Source of the DNA: a virus
Lineage: Duplodnaviria; Caudoviricetes
Length of the DNA: 64,000 nucleotides
Reading direction: 5' to 3' (one strand)
Virus record (IMG/VR): IMGVR_UViG_3300024346_000005
The stretch's first letter is position 1. The number at the start of each line of letters is the position of its first letter. The translations under genes and the position numbers were made by a program. The notes under the pieces are model-generated. The model searched no databases, was not told where the DNA came from, and worked only from the letters and a program-made list of their open reading frames with translations. Below are positions 19,729-28,791 of the stretch, piece by piece.

Positions 19729-22557
19729 ATGCCTAATAATTCTGGAGTATTTTCATTAAGTAGTTACTATGATAAAGATTTAAGTGGAAATATTCCCGAT
19801 AGAAGTAGGGAGGCATTTAGGGAGTATGGGTATTTTGGTGGTGGCGGAACACCTACAGTATCAACAGTAAATAGAGTTGATTACTCTAATGATACCACAA
19901 CCACATCTGTTCGTGGTCCATTAAGTGGAGCAAGAAGATATTTTGCAGGAACTGGCAATTCTAATTTTGGATATTTTTCTAGTAGTAATTCATCTATAGA
20001 TAGAATTAATTATTCCAATGATAATGCAATAACATCGGTGAGAGGTCCATTAAGTTTATATAGAAGTGATTTTGCGGCAACTGGGAATAATAATTTCGGA
20101 TATTTTGGTGCTGGATACACACCATCAGTTCCAAATGTGAGATCAATAGTAGATAGAATTGATTACTCAAATGATAATACAACTGCATTAGTTCGTGGTT
20201 CATTAAGTAAATCAAGATATGGGTTATTAGCAACAGGAAATTCTAACTTTGGTTATTATACTGATGGATATCCTGATGGATCTGCATTATGTGATAGAAT
20301 AAATTATTCAAACGATAGTGTTGTTGCATTAGTTAGAGGATCATTAATTCAATCTAAACAATATGGTGGTGCAACGGGAAATTCTAATTTTGGATATTTT
20401 GGGGGTGGACTAGGTGGAGGAACTTCTACTGAAAGATCTTCTATTTCACGGGTTACTTATTCAAATGATACAGTAACATCATCACCAAGAGGTCCATTAA
20501 GTTTATCAAGAAGAGCAGTAGCAGCAACTGGTAATTCTAATTTTGGTTATTTTGGTGGAGGAAATCCACAACCAGCAACACCAAGATATTCTACAATAGA
20601 TCGTATAGATTACTCTAATGATACAGTAACAGCATCATTAAGAGGTCCATTAAGTGTTGGTGTTGGTGATTTAGCAGCAACCTCCTCCTCCTCATTCGGT
20701 GGTTCTCCAATCTCACAATACGGAGTGTTTGCAAAACCTTTTGGGTATTTTGGAGGTGGTAATCTTCCTGGAAATGCATCAACAATAGATCGTATAGATT
20801 ATTCTAGTGATACTTCATCCGCATCAGTAAGAGGACGACTAACGCTAGCAAGATATGGTATGGGAGCAACGGGAAACTCTAACTTTGGTTATTTTGGTGG
20901 TGGTAATCCCACCACATCAATAATAGACCGCATAAATTATACTAACGATTTAGCAACAACACTGGTTAGAGGTGTATTGAGTTTATCAAAATCACAACAT
21001 TCTGCAGTAGGAAATCTTAATTTTGGTTATTTTTGTGGAGGGTTTCCTGCTAATTTATCATCAGTAGATAGAATATCCTATTCAAATGATACATCTATAG
21101 GATTACCTAGAGGTCCATTAAGTTTAGCAAGATTTGGACTAGCAGCAACAGGAACTTCTAATTTTGGATATAATGCTGGTGGATGGGCACCTAATGCAGT
21201 ATCAACAATAGATCGTATAAATTATTCAAATGATAATTCATCTGCATTAAATCGTAATTCTTTATTAAACAATGCATATTCATTAGCAGCAACAGGAAAT
21301 TCTAATTTTGGATATTTTTCTACTGGATATGTTGGACCAGCAGAAACTTCAATAATATATCGTCTTGATTATTCTAATGATACCACTGCAGTTTCTACAA
21401 GAGGACCATTATCACAAGGAAGAAGAGATTTAACTGCAACAGGAAATTCTAACTTTGGTTATTTTGGCGGAGGAATTCCTCAAGCAGGAAGTCCATTATA
21501 TTCAATAGTAGATCGTATAGATTATTCAAATGATACTGCAACAGCATCTGTAAGAGGACCATTGAGTTCCGCAAGAAGCTATGTAGCAGCAACCTCACCA
21601 ACCTCATTCGGTGGCGCAACAGACTTCCAACCAACTTCAACATTCTTTGATATTCAGTCAATGAGAAGAATTGAAGATACTACAAATGCCAGTGTGAAGA
21701 AGAGAGCACTGGGGTCTTATGGGTATTTTGGTGGTGGGGCAGGTCCAACAAATTACTCAACAATAGACCGTATAGATTATTCAAATGACTTAGCAACAGC
21801 AAGTGCAAGAGGTCCATTAAGTGCTGCAAGATATAGATTAGCCGCAACAGGAAATTCTAATTTTGGTTATTTTGGTGGTGGTGTTGGTAGTGCTTTAATA
21901 ACAAGAATTGATTATTCAAATGATATCTCTACTGCTACAAATAGAAACTCATTATCATCGGAAAAAGCAGCAACTGCAGCATCTGGAAATTCTAATTTTG
22001 GTTATTTTGGTGGAGGTGGAGGTATATCAAGAGTAGACCGCATAGATTACTCAAACGATACACCAATAGCATCGGTGCGAGGACCATTGAGTTCCGCAAG
22101 ATCTTATTTTTCAGCAACAGGAAACTCTAATTTTGGATATTTTGGTGGTGGTTTTCCTGGACCAGTATCAACAGTAGATCGTATAAATTATTCCAATGAT
22201 ACTCAAACAGCAAATGTTAGAGGACCATTAAGTTTAGCAAGAGCATTAGTAGCAGCAACAGGAAATTCTAATTTTGGATACTTTGGCGGTGGAACACCAG
22301 ATGGCACAACATTAGTAGACCGTATAGATTACTCTAATGATACTGCAACAGCATCTGTTCGTGGAGGAATTGGATCGAGAAGATACCATTCGGCAACAGG
22401 AAATTCTAATTTTGGTTATTTTGGTGGTGGTGGGGGACCAATAGCAACAGTGAACCGTATAGATTATGCTAATGATACAGCACAAGCAAGCACCAGAGGA
22501 CCTTTAAGTTTAGCAAGAGGAGATTTAGCAGCAACAACCAACGCCAGAAATTCCTAA
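19729..22557 (+). CDS. Kelch-like repeat protein 2 (18 repeats, 3 x 6)
   Basis: The most regular paralogue (ATGNSNFGYFGGG...DRIDYSNDT..ASVRGPLS.AR). ATG 19729 is chosen over TTG 19717. Ends TTNARNS. Confidence 0.78.
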   Translation: MPNNSGVFSLSSYYDKDLSGNIPDRSREAFREYGYFGGGGTPTVSTVNRVDYSNDTTTTSVRGPLSGARRYFAGTGNSNFGYFSSSNSSIDRINYSNDNAITSVRGPLSLYRSDFAATGNNNFGYFGAGYTPSVPNVRSIVDRIDYSNDNTTALVRGSLSKSRYGLLATGNSNFGYYTDGYPDGSALCDRINYSNDSVVALVRGSLIQSKQYGGATGNSNFGYFGGGLGGGTSTERSSISRVTYSNDTVTSSPRGPLSLSRRAVAATGNSNFGYFGGGNPQPATPRYSTIDRIDYSNDTVTASLRGPLSVGVGDLAATSSSSFGGSPISQYGVFAKPFGYFGGGNLPGNASTIDRIDYSSDTSSASVRGRLTLARYGMGATGNSNFGYFGGGNPTTSIIDRINYTNDLATTLVRGVLSLSKSQHSAVGNLNFGYFCGGFPANLSSVDRISYSNDTSIGLPRGPLSLARFGLAATGTSNFGYNAGGWAPNAVSTIDRINYSNDNSSALNRNSLLNNAYSLAATGNSNFGYFSTGYVGPAETSIIYRLDYSNDTTAVSTRGPLSQGRRDLTATGNSNFGYFGGGIPQAGSPLYSIVDRIDYSNDTATASVRGPLSSARSYVAATSPTSFGGATDFQPTSTFFDIQSMRRIEDTTNASVKKRALGSYGYFGGGAGPTNYSTIDRIDYSNDLATASARGPLSAARYRLAATGNSNFGYFGGGVGSALITRIDYSNDISTATNRNSLSSEKAATAASGNSNFGYFGGGGGISRVDRIDYSNDTPIASVRGPLSSARSYFSATGNSNFGYFGGGFPGPVSTVDRINYSNDTQTANVRGPLSLARALVAATGNSNFGYFGGGTPDGTTLVDRIDYSNDTATASVRGGIGSRRYHSATGNSNFGYFGGGGGPIATVNRIDYANDTAQASTRGPLSLARGDLAATTNARNS

Positions 22558-22586
22558 TAAATACCAACATAACATAATGAACCCCA

Positions 22587-23210
22587 ATGAGACGATCAAT
22601 CATCATACTTGACGATTTCCACGAGAACCCAGAAGAAGTAAGAAACTACGCAATATCTGCAACTTACTCTAAAGAAGAATCCTCAACATATCCAGGTCTC
22701 AATTCCACAACTGGTTTTCAAGAGGATACATTAAAGTTAAAGATCGAAACACTTCTACAAAAACCAATCAAACCATCAAATCCTTTTGGATACTTTAGAT
22801 ACTCTTGGAATACGGCAGATCAAGAGAACGAAAAACTACAAAAGTATCACGTAGATAATGGTTGGGAATGGGGTGGAGTTTGTTATCTATCCACACCAGA
22901 ACAACTCAAAGACAATCCAGATTCGGGAACACTCTTCGCAAGACACAAGGCACTCAAGATAGATTCAACACCTAGAACCAAAGAAGAAGCAGAAATCTTT
23001 GGTTATACTCATTATGATGAACTAAGACAATCAATCATTTATGGAGATGGATTGGATTTGAATAAATGGGAAACCTATGCTAGGATACCACCAAAGTTTA
23101 ATCGTTTAGTTTTATTCAGGTCTTGGATGTATCATAGTCATCATATCAACTTCGGTGAAATGAACCCAGCACAAAGTCGTTTAGTTCAATTATTCTTTTT
23201 TAATCTATGA
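22587..23210 (+). CDS. DUF6445-like 2OG-Fe(II) oxygenase-fold protein
   Basis: IIILDDFHENPEEVR...YPG...HVD (HxD)...WGGVCYLS...SGTLF...KFNRLVLFRSWMYHS...RLVQLFFF. Confidence 0.7.
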   Translation: MRRSIIILDDFHENPEEVRNYAISATYSKEESSTYPGLNSTTGFQEDTLKLKIETLLQKPIKPSNPFGYFRYSWNTADQENEKLQKYHVDNGWEWGGVCYLSTPEQLKDNPDSGTLFARHKALKIDSTPRTKEEAEIFGYTHYDELRQSIIYGDGLDLNKWETYARIPPKFNRLVLFRSWMYHSHHINFGEMNPAQSRLVQLFFFNL

Positions 23211-24052
23211 AATATGATATATCGTTCTTGGCAGGATTACCCAGAAGTGGTTCTACATTACTTCGTTCAATCCTCAATCAAAATCCTTCATTACACTCAG
23301 GACCAATTTCACCATCAGTAGAACTTCTATATTACACCGATAAGTACTTTCAGTCCAGTGAGATGTTACTGGCATCACCAAATCCACAAGGTTGCTATGA
23401 TGTTCTATCGAATATGATGGATCAATTCTATCACAATATAATGGAGCGAGAAGGCAAATCAAAAATCATAGAATTCAACAGAGCAATTCCAAATAACATT
23501 GAACGCTTTAGAACTTACATTAAAGAAGATATAAAAATTGTATGTCCCGTAAGAAGTATTCCAGAAATCCTTACAAGTTTTATTAGTTTGATTCATAGGA
23601 ATAGTGATAAGGTTTCTTTTGTAGACCAGTATTTGATTGATAATAAGATTAAAGTGAATGATGATACTCGTTGTGATTATTTGATGAGTGATTATGGAAT
23701 CGTAGGGCAGGCATTGTTTGCAATGAGTCGTCCTTATTTGAGAGGTGAAGAGAACTTATTGAAGATTGTGGAGTATGATGATTTGGTTGAGAGAACTGAT
23801 GAGGTAATGAGGGAAGTATATGACTTCTGGGAACTTGAAAAATATCAGCATACTTATGAGAACTTGGAGAATAAGTATCCAGAGAATGATGTCTTTCAGT
23901 ATAACTTGGAGGGTATGCATACTGTTGGTAGAACCATTAAGAAGACTTGTAAGAAACCAGAAGAAGTTTTAAGTGCTGAAATTATAGAAAAATATTCTGG
24001 TATGGAATACTGGAGATCTGATTGTTCCAATAATTATTACCTGACAATCTAA
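23207..24052 (+). CDS. PAPS-dependent sulfotransferase, paralogue of 7739
   Basis: LAGLPRSGSTLL, VRSIPEILTSF, VEYDDLV, and LEGMHTV..TI.KT.KKPEEVL. Confidence 0.85.
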   Translation: MKYDISFLAGLPRSGSTLLRSILNQNPSLHSGPISPSVELLYYTDKYFQSSEMLLASPNPQGCYDVLSNMMDQFYHNIMEREGKSKIIEFNRAIPNNIERFRTYIKEDIKIVCPVRSIPEILTSFISLIHRNSDKVSFVDQYLIDNKIKVNDDTRCDYLMSDYGIVGQALFAMSRPYLRGEENLLKIVEYDDLVERTDEVMREVYDFWELEKYQHTYENLENKYPENDVFQYNLEGMHTVGRTIKKTCKKPEEVLSAEIIEKYSGMEYWRSDCSNNYYLTI

Positions 24053-24080
24053 TAAATAATAAAAAGGTGTCTAGTATCTG

Positions 24081-26927
24081 ATGGCGGACAATAAAACTAT
24101 ACAGAAAATATTTTCTTTGAGTGATTTTCGCAAGAAGCAGTTACTGGGCGAAGTTCCTGAGAGAACCAGAGAGACTTATAGGGAATATGGGTATTTTCTA
24201 GGAATTGGTGGACCATTAAATAGACTTGATTACTCAAACGATACAACAACTACAAATAGAAGAACATCAGTAAATCAATATTTTAGTGGTGGGGCAGGCA
24301 ATTCTAATTTTGGATATATTATGGGAGGTAATAAATCTGGATTTAATTATATAACGGATATTAAACGTATTGATTATTCTAATGATACTAATATTTTATC
24401 TAGGGGGGGTTTAACAATTGGAAGATCCTATACAGGAGCAACAGGAAACTCTAACTTTGGATATATTGCGGGGGGAATTACTAGTGCTACACCTGCATAT
24501 ATTTCTACCACAGAAAGAATAAATTATTCCAATGATAATACCACAGCATCAATTAGAGGTCCTTTAACAATATCAAGAGGTATACTTGCAACAGGAAACT
24601 CCAACTTTGGTTATTTTGGTGGGAGCGGACAAGCCCCATCTGGAGGATCTACAGTAGACCGTATAGATTATTCTAATGATAGTGCAACAGCATTATCTAG
24701 AGGTAATATACAAAATTCTAGTTTTAGTTTTAGTGCGACTGGAAATAATAATTTTGGATATTTTTTAACAGGTTGGGGAACATCTTCATCACATCGTTTA
24801 AATTATGCTAATGATACTGCATTATTATCAATTAGAGGATCTTTAAGTTTTCCAAAATTTTGGTGGCCTGGTTCTACAGGAAATTCTAATTTTGGTTACT
24901 CTGTTGGGGGATCTACTACAAGTTCTCAAGGTCAAGCAGTTTCTACTGTTGATAGAATAGATTATAGCAATGATTTAGTAACCGCTTCTGTTCGTGGACC
25001 ATTATCAAATGTTGATCTTACAATTGCAGCAACCTCCTCTGCATCTTTCGGTGGTGCTAAAAACTCTGCCTTCGCATCAAACCTCACATTCCCAACCGTC
25101 CCAAATGCTGGGTATTTTGGTGGTGGAACCGATGGAACGAATAGTCTTGCAACAATTGATAAGGTAGATTATGCGAATGATACAGCAACTGCAAGTGTTC
25201 GAAGTTCTTTGAGTAGCGCAAAGATTTATGTAAAAAGTGTTAGTAATAATAATTTTGGATATTATAATGGGGCAACTGCATATCCAGCAACTTCAAGCAC
25301 TATCGATAGAATTGAATTTTCATCGGACACTCAAAATACAGTTGTTAGAGGACCATTAAGTATAGCAAGAAATAGAGGTGCTGCAACTGGTAATTCTAAC
25401 TTTGGGTATTTTGGGGGTGGTTATGCTCCAGGAAATAGTTCTACAATAGATCGTATTGACTATTCAAATGATAGTGCAAATGCATCCAATAGATGTTTAT
25501 TGACACTAGCAAGAAGAGATTTTTCAGCAACAGGAAATCAAAACTTTGGTTACTTTGGTGGTGGGTTTTCAAGTGTCGTAGTTCCTGTTGTTGATAGACT
25601 TGACTATTCAAATGATACATTAAATACTTTGAGTAGAGGGGGTATAAATGCAAGATATGATAATATAGCAGTTGGAAATCAAAACTTTGGTTACTTTGGT
25701 GGAGGAACTCCTGGAGTATCTTCAGTAGATCGTTTAGATTATTCAAATGATACACAAACATCATCGGTACGAGGTCCATTGAGTTCTGGTAGAGGATCCT
25801 CTGCTGTAACTGGGAATAATAATTTTGGATATATTGGTGGAGGATTTACCCCTTCTGGATCACCAATTTATTACTCAACAACAGACCGCATCAACTACTC
25901 AAACGATACTGCAATCGCATCGGTGAGAGGACCACTACCAGTTGCTAAATCTTCTGGTGCAGCAACCTCTCCATTAGGATACGGAGGTGCTCCAATTTAC
26001 TTCACCAATCCACTTCCAGAGGTCTTCCAGAAGCAGATAGTATTTAATGATTCTAATACTTTAAGTTCCAATATGCCATTTAAGAGAGTATTAGGGTCTT
26101 ATGGGTATTTTAATGCTTGTGGTTCTAATGGACCTGTAACCACAATTATAAATCGCATAGATTACTCTAATGATACATCAATAGCATCGACAAGAGGCCC
26201 TCTAAGTATTGCAAGAAGATGGACAGTTGGTCTATCAAATCAAAATTTTGGGTATATTTCTGGAGGACAAGGTAGTACAAATATGGACCGCATAGATTAT
26301 TCAAATGATACTTCAAATGCAAGATTTTTAATAACCATTACTGGAGAACAAGGAGGAGGATTTTCAAATAATTTTTATGGATATGTTTTTGCAAATACTA
26401 GTTTATTTACTCGTCTAGATTTTTCAAATGATAGTGGATTAACTTTACAAAGAGGAAGAATGATAACCACTAGAAATACCAGTGGTTGTACTTCTACAGA
26501 CTTTTTTGCTTATATTTCTGGAGATATTTCTAGAGTCGATAGAGTAAATTATTCTAACGATACTGCAACTGCTCTTGTAAGAGGAACACTTAATTTAGCT
26601 AGATATAATATATCTGCAACCGGAAACTCTAACTTTGGATATTTTGGTGGTGGATATAGTAATATATCTTCTGTAGAAAGAGTAGATTATTCAAATGATA
26701 CTGCATTAGCATCATTGCGAGGTAATTTTAATTTTGGTAGAAATGCCAATGCTGCTACTGGTAATCAATCTTATGGTTGGTTTAGTTCAGGACAACAAGG
26801 AGGAAATTATCCGTCTAGAGTGGAAAGAATAGATTTTTCTAACGATTTATCTTTGGCTTCTATTAGAGGTCCATTAACAAATTCTAGTTTTTTTGGGACA
26901 GCAACCACCAACGCAAGATCCTCATAA
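24081..26927 (+). CDS. Kelch-like repeat protein 3 (18 repeats, 3 x 6)
   Basis: Same repeat, leader (RETYREYGYF), linker (FKRVLGSYGYF) and terminus (TTNARSS) as the other two paralogues. Confidence 0.75.
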   Translation: MADNKTIQKIFSLSDFRKKQLLGEVPERTRETYREYGYFLGIGGPLNRLDYSNDTTTTNRRTSVNQYFSGGAGNSNFGYIMGGNKSGFNYITDIKRIDYSNDTNILSRGGLTIGRSYTGATGNSNFGYIAGGITSATPAYISTTERINYSNDNTTASIRGPLTISRGILATGNSNFGYFGGSGQAPSGGSTVDRIDYSNDSATALSRGNIQNSSFSFSATGNNNFGYFLTGWGTSSSHRLNYANDTALLSIRGSLSFPKFWWPGSTGNSNFGYSVGGSTTSSQGQAVSTVDRIDYSNDLVTASVRGPLSNVDLTIAATSSASFGGAKNSAFASNLTFPTVPNAGYFGGGTDGTNSLATIDKVDYANDTATASVRSSLSSAKIYVKSVSNNNFGYYNGATAYPATSSTIDRIEFSSDTQNTVVRGPLSIARNRGAATGNSNFGYFGGGYAPGNSSTIDRIDYSNDSANASNRCLLTLARRDFSATGNQNFGYFGGGFSSVVVPVVDRLDYSNDTLNTLSRGGINARYDNIAVGNQNFGYFGGGTPGVSSVDRLDYSNDTQTSSVRGPLSSGRGSSAVTGNNNFGYIGGGFTPSGSPIYYSTTDRINYSNDTAIASVRGPLPVAKSSGAATSPLGYGGAPIYFTNPLPEVFQKQIVFNDSNTLSSNMPFKRVLGSYGYFNACGSNGPVTTIINRIDYSNDTSIASTRGPLSIARRWTVGLSNQNFGYISGGQGSTNMDRIDYSNDTSNARFLITITGEQGGGFSNNFYGYVFANTSLFTRLDFSNDSGLTLQRGRMITTRNTSGCTSTDFFAYISGDISRVDRVNYSNDTATALVRGTLNLARYNISATGNSNFGYFGGGYSNISSVERVDYSNDTALASLRGNFNFGRNANAATGNQSYGWFSSGQQGGNYPSRVERIDFSNDLSLASIRGPLTNSSFFGTATTNARSS

Positions 26928-26951
26928 ATACTACGAACAACTCATATCATT

Positions 26952-27626
26952 ATGAATTTATTATCAAACATCTTGATTGAACCACAAGTCCTCACACAAG
27001 AAGCACTACAAGAACTTCAAGAACACGCAAGAAACTCAAGCACAACTGATCTATCAGTCTTTGACCCAGACAAAACCAATGAAACAGGTGAGACTTCTTG
27101 GATTGTTGATAAAAATATAAGAGACACACAAATCATTGAGTTTGGTCCTTTGTTTCCAAAGATTGAAGATCTTTTTAAGAACCTTGTAAGAAACATTATT
27201 AATCCTTTTTATGGTATTGAAGTGTGGGATAGTGAAGTTCCACAATTTTTGAGGTATGGTGTAGGAGGTCATTATGCACCTCATATTGATGGTAGGTCTA
27301 TATGGGTTGCTCCAAATGGTGATAAGATTTGGAGAAAATCAACAGACAGATCATTATCCATAGTACTTTTTTGTAATGATGGAAACGGTAAAGATTTTGA
27401 TGGTGGAAACTTTATGTTCCCTGAACTTGGTATAGAAGTTCCACCAAAAGCAGGGACACTTGTGTGTTTTCCATCAGATCAAAACTATTTGCACGGCGTT
27501 CGGGAAGTTACTAAAATTCATAATGAAGTTGGAAGATTGGCAATTGTATCGTGGGCTAGAGTTAAAGGAGAAAGAACAAAAGAAGAAGAAGATCAAGAAC
27601 TTTTAGAAACTTATGGAGTTAACTAA
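26952..27626 (+). CDS. 2OG-Fe(II) oxygenase, prolyl-4-hydroxylase-like
   Basis: LRYGVGGHYAPHID (HxD)...RSLSIVLF.ND...FDGGNF.FP...PKAGTLVCFPS...LHGVREVT...RLAIVSW. Confidence 0.88.
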   Translation: MNLLSNILIEPQVLTQEALQELQEHARNSSTTDLSVFDPDKTNETGETSWIVDKNIRDTQIIEFGPLFPKIEDLFKNLVRNIINPFYGIEVWDSEVPQFLRYGVGGHYAPHIDGRSIWVAPNGDKIWRKSTDRSLSIVLFCNDGNGKDFDGGNFMFPELGIEVPPKAGTLVCFPSDQNYLHGVREVTKIHNEVGRLAIVSWARVKGERTKEEEDQELLETYGVN

Positions 27627-27656
27627 ATAATACAAAGATCTTATAAGTTTAGAGAA

Positions 27657-28202
27657 ATGCAATACTTAAAGCATTATTGGGTTCGTAATGGAGAATATCT
27701 AACTGAACCAGGTCAAAATGGTCCTCTACAAAGTCATTCAAATATTTCAGGATTGGATGTTCGTTATTGGTTGACTGATGATCGTGGAGTTGATTATTGC
27801 CTTTCAACGGTTCCAGATAATACTCTAATCACCGAAGTTGATCCTGGTCTTGAGATTCTTACCAGAGAAGAATGGGATGCAATCGTTGCAACCATTCCTG
27901 CACCAGAACCTCAACCACAACCACCCGGTAGTCCTGATTGGAATACATTTAAGCAATCTGCTGTTGCTTCTGTTCTACTCAATACCTTTGTTGGACAATT
28001 AATTAGTATTGCACCTGTTGCCGCAACGGCACTTCCTGCAACTCTACTTCTTATTGAATCTGGAAACTATCAAGATTTTGAGAATACTTGGACCGCAATT
28101 GAAAACGCAACCACAGTTCCAACCGAACTAATTGCCGAATTCACAACTCTTGCAGAGTCTTGTAATCTGCCAGAAGACTTTGTAAATATTTTTGCTACTT
28201 GA
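27657..28202 (+). CDS. Hypothetical protein (181 aa) with Pro-rich linker, possible fibre-assembly protein
   Basis: ORF with late promoter-like CTAAATA upstream. The PAPEPQPQPPGSPDW linker separates two domains. Confidence 0.6.
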   Translation: MQYLKHYWVRNGEYLTEPGQNGPLQSHSNISGLDVRYWLTDDRGVDYCLSTVPDNTLITEVDPGLEILTREEWDAIVATIPAPEPQPQPPGSPDWNTFKQSAVASVLLNTFVGQLISIAPVAATALPATLLLIESGNYQDFENTWTAIENATTVPTELIAEFTTLAESCNLPEDFVNIFAT

Positions 28203-28227
28203 CACCTGACTCAAAATCCCTTATAAT
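28199..28227 (+). promoter_or_regulatory. Consensus sigma70-type promoter
   Basis: TTGACA 28199-28204, 17-nt spacer, TATAAT 28222-28227. Confidence 0.85.
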
Positions 28228-28232
28228 ATAAA

Positions 28233-28329
28233 GGTCTTCAGCATTCCTTGTATCTTTGGGAATGAAGACCCTTTCTGTGGTGAGAAAGGTAAGGTGGTAT
28301 CATAGGAGGAGAGAAATCTCCTCTTTTTT
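28233..28329 (+). ncRNA. Candidate ~97-nt small RNA
   Basis: Lies between a perfect promoter and an intrinsic terminator, contains two hairpins and has no complete ORF. Confidence 0.55.
28306..28329 (+). terminator. Rho-independent terminator
   Basis: GAGGAGA-GAAA-TCTCCTC followed by T6. Confidence 0.85.
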
Positions 28330-28361
28330 CTTATATAAATTATTACAGATATTAAACAATT

Positions 28362-28598
28362 ATGAACTTTACCATATATTCTAAGGATGATTGTCCTTTC
28401 TGCTATAAAGTTAAACAAGTTTTAGAGTTGACAGGAAATAACTTTGTGGTGTATAATCTTAATAAGGATTTCACCAGAGAAGAGTTCTATGCCGAGTTTG
28501 GAGAAGATTCCACATTTCCACAGGTTATTTGTGACGACAAGAGATTGGGCGGTTGCACTGACACCGTTAAGTTTCTGAAGGAACAGCAAATGGTATAA
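28362..28598 (+). CDS. Glutaredoxin
   Basis: CPFC active site, TFPQV and LGGCTD. Confidence 0.9.
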   Translation: MNFTIYSKDDCPFCYKVKQVLELTGNNFVVYNLNKDFTREEFYAEFGEDSTFPQVICDDKRLGGCTDTVKFLKEQQMV

Positions 28599-28774
28599 TG
28601 TCAGACATAAATAATGATATAACACCGAACCGTGGTGTAGAACTTATACTTACTGGAGGAAAAAGAAAACAACCTAAACTTTTTCATCTTATATTTGAGA
28701 AGATGATTTCATTCTTCAAACGAGAAGTAACCATCTATCTTGAATTTTCGATAAAGTCAAGGAAAGTCGAGTAG
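28598..28774 (+). CDS. Small hypothetical protein (58 aa; not in ORF track)
   Basis: MSDINNDITPNRGVELILTGG...EFSIKSRKVE*. TAATG coupling with the glutaredoxin stop. Confidence 0.6.
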   Translation: MSDINNDITPNRGVELILTGGKRKQPKLFHLIFEKMISFFKREVTIYLEFSIKSRKVE

Positions 28775-28791
28775 TTTCCCAGGAGAAAAAA

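Noticed and set aside
14247-26927. Alternative genetic code or stop read-through
   Set aside because: All recognisable core genes translate full-length in the standard code, and no suppressor tRNA is present.
7008-27626. DNA hypermodification cluster
   Set aside because: No dNMP hydroxymethylase, kinase or base-modifying partner was recognised, and the genes are late-promoter-linked and interleaved with adhesins. It is less likely than protein or glycan modification but not disproved.
28262-28384. 40-codon ORF MKTLSVVRKVRW... inside the candidate sRNA
   Set aside because: It runs through a strong terminator and into the glutaredoxin gene, and its start is buried in hairpin 1. It is not fully excluded as a leader peptide.
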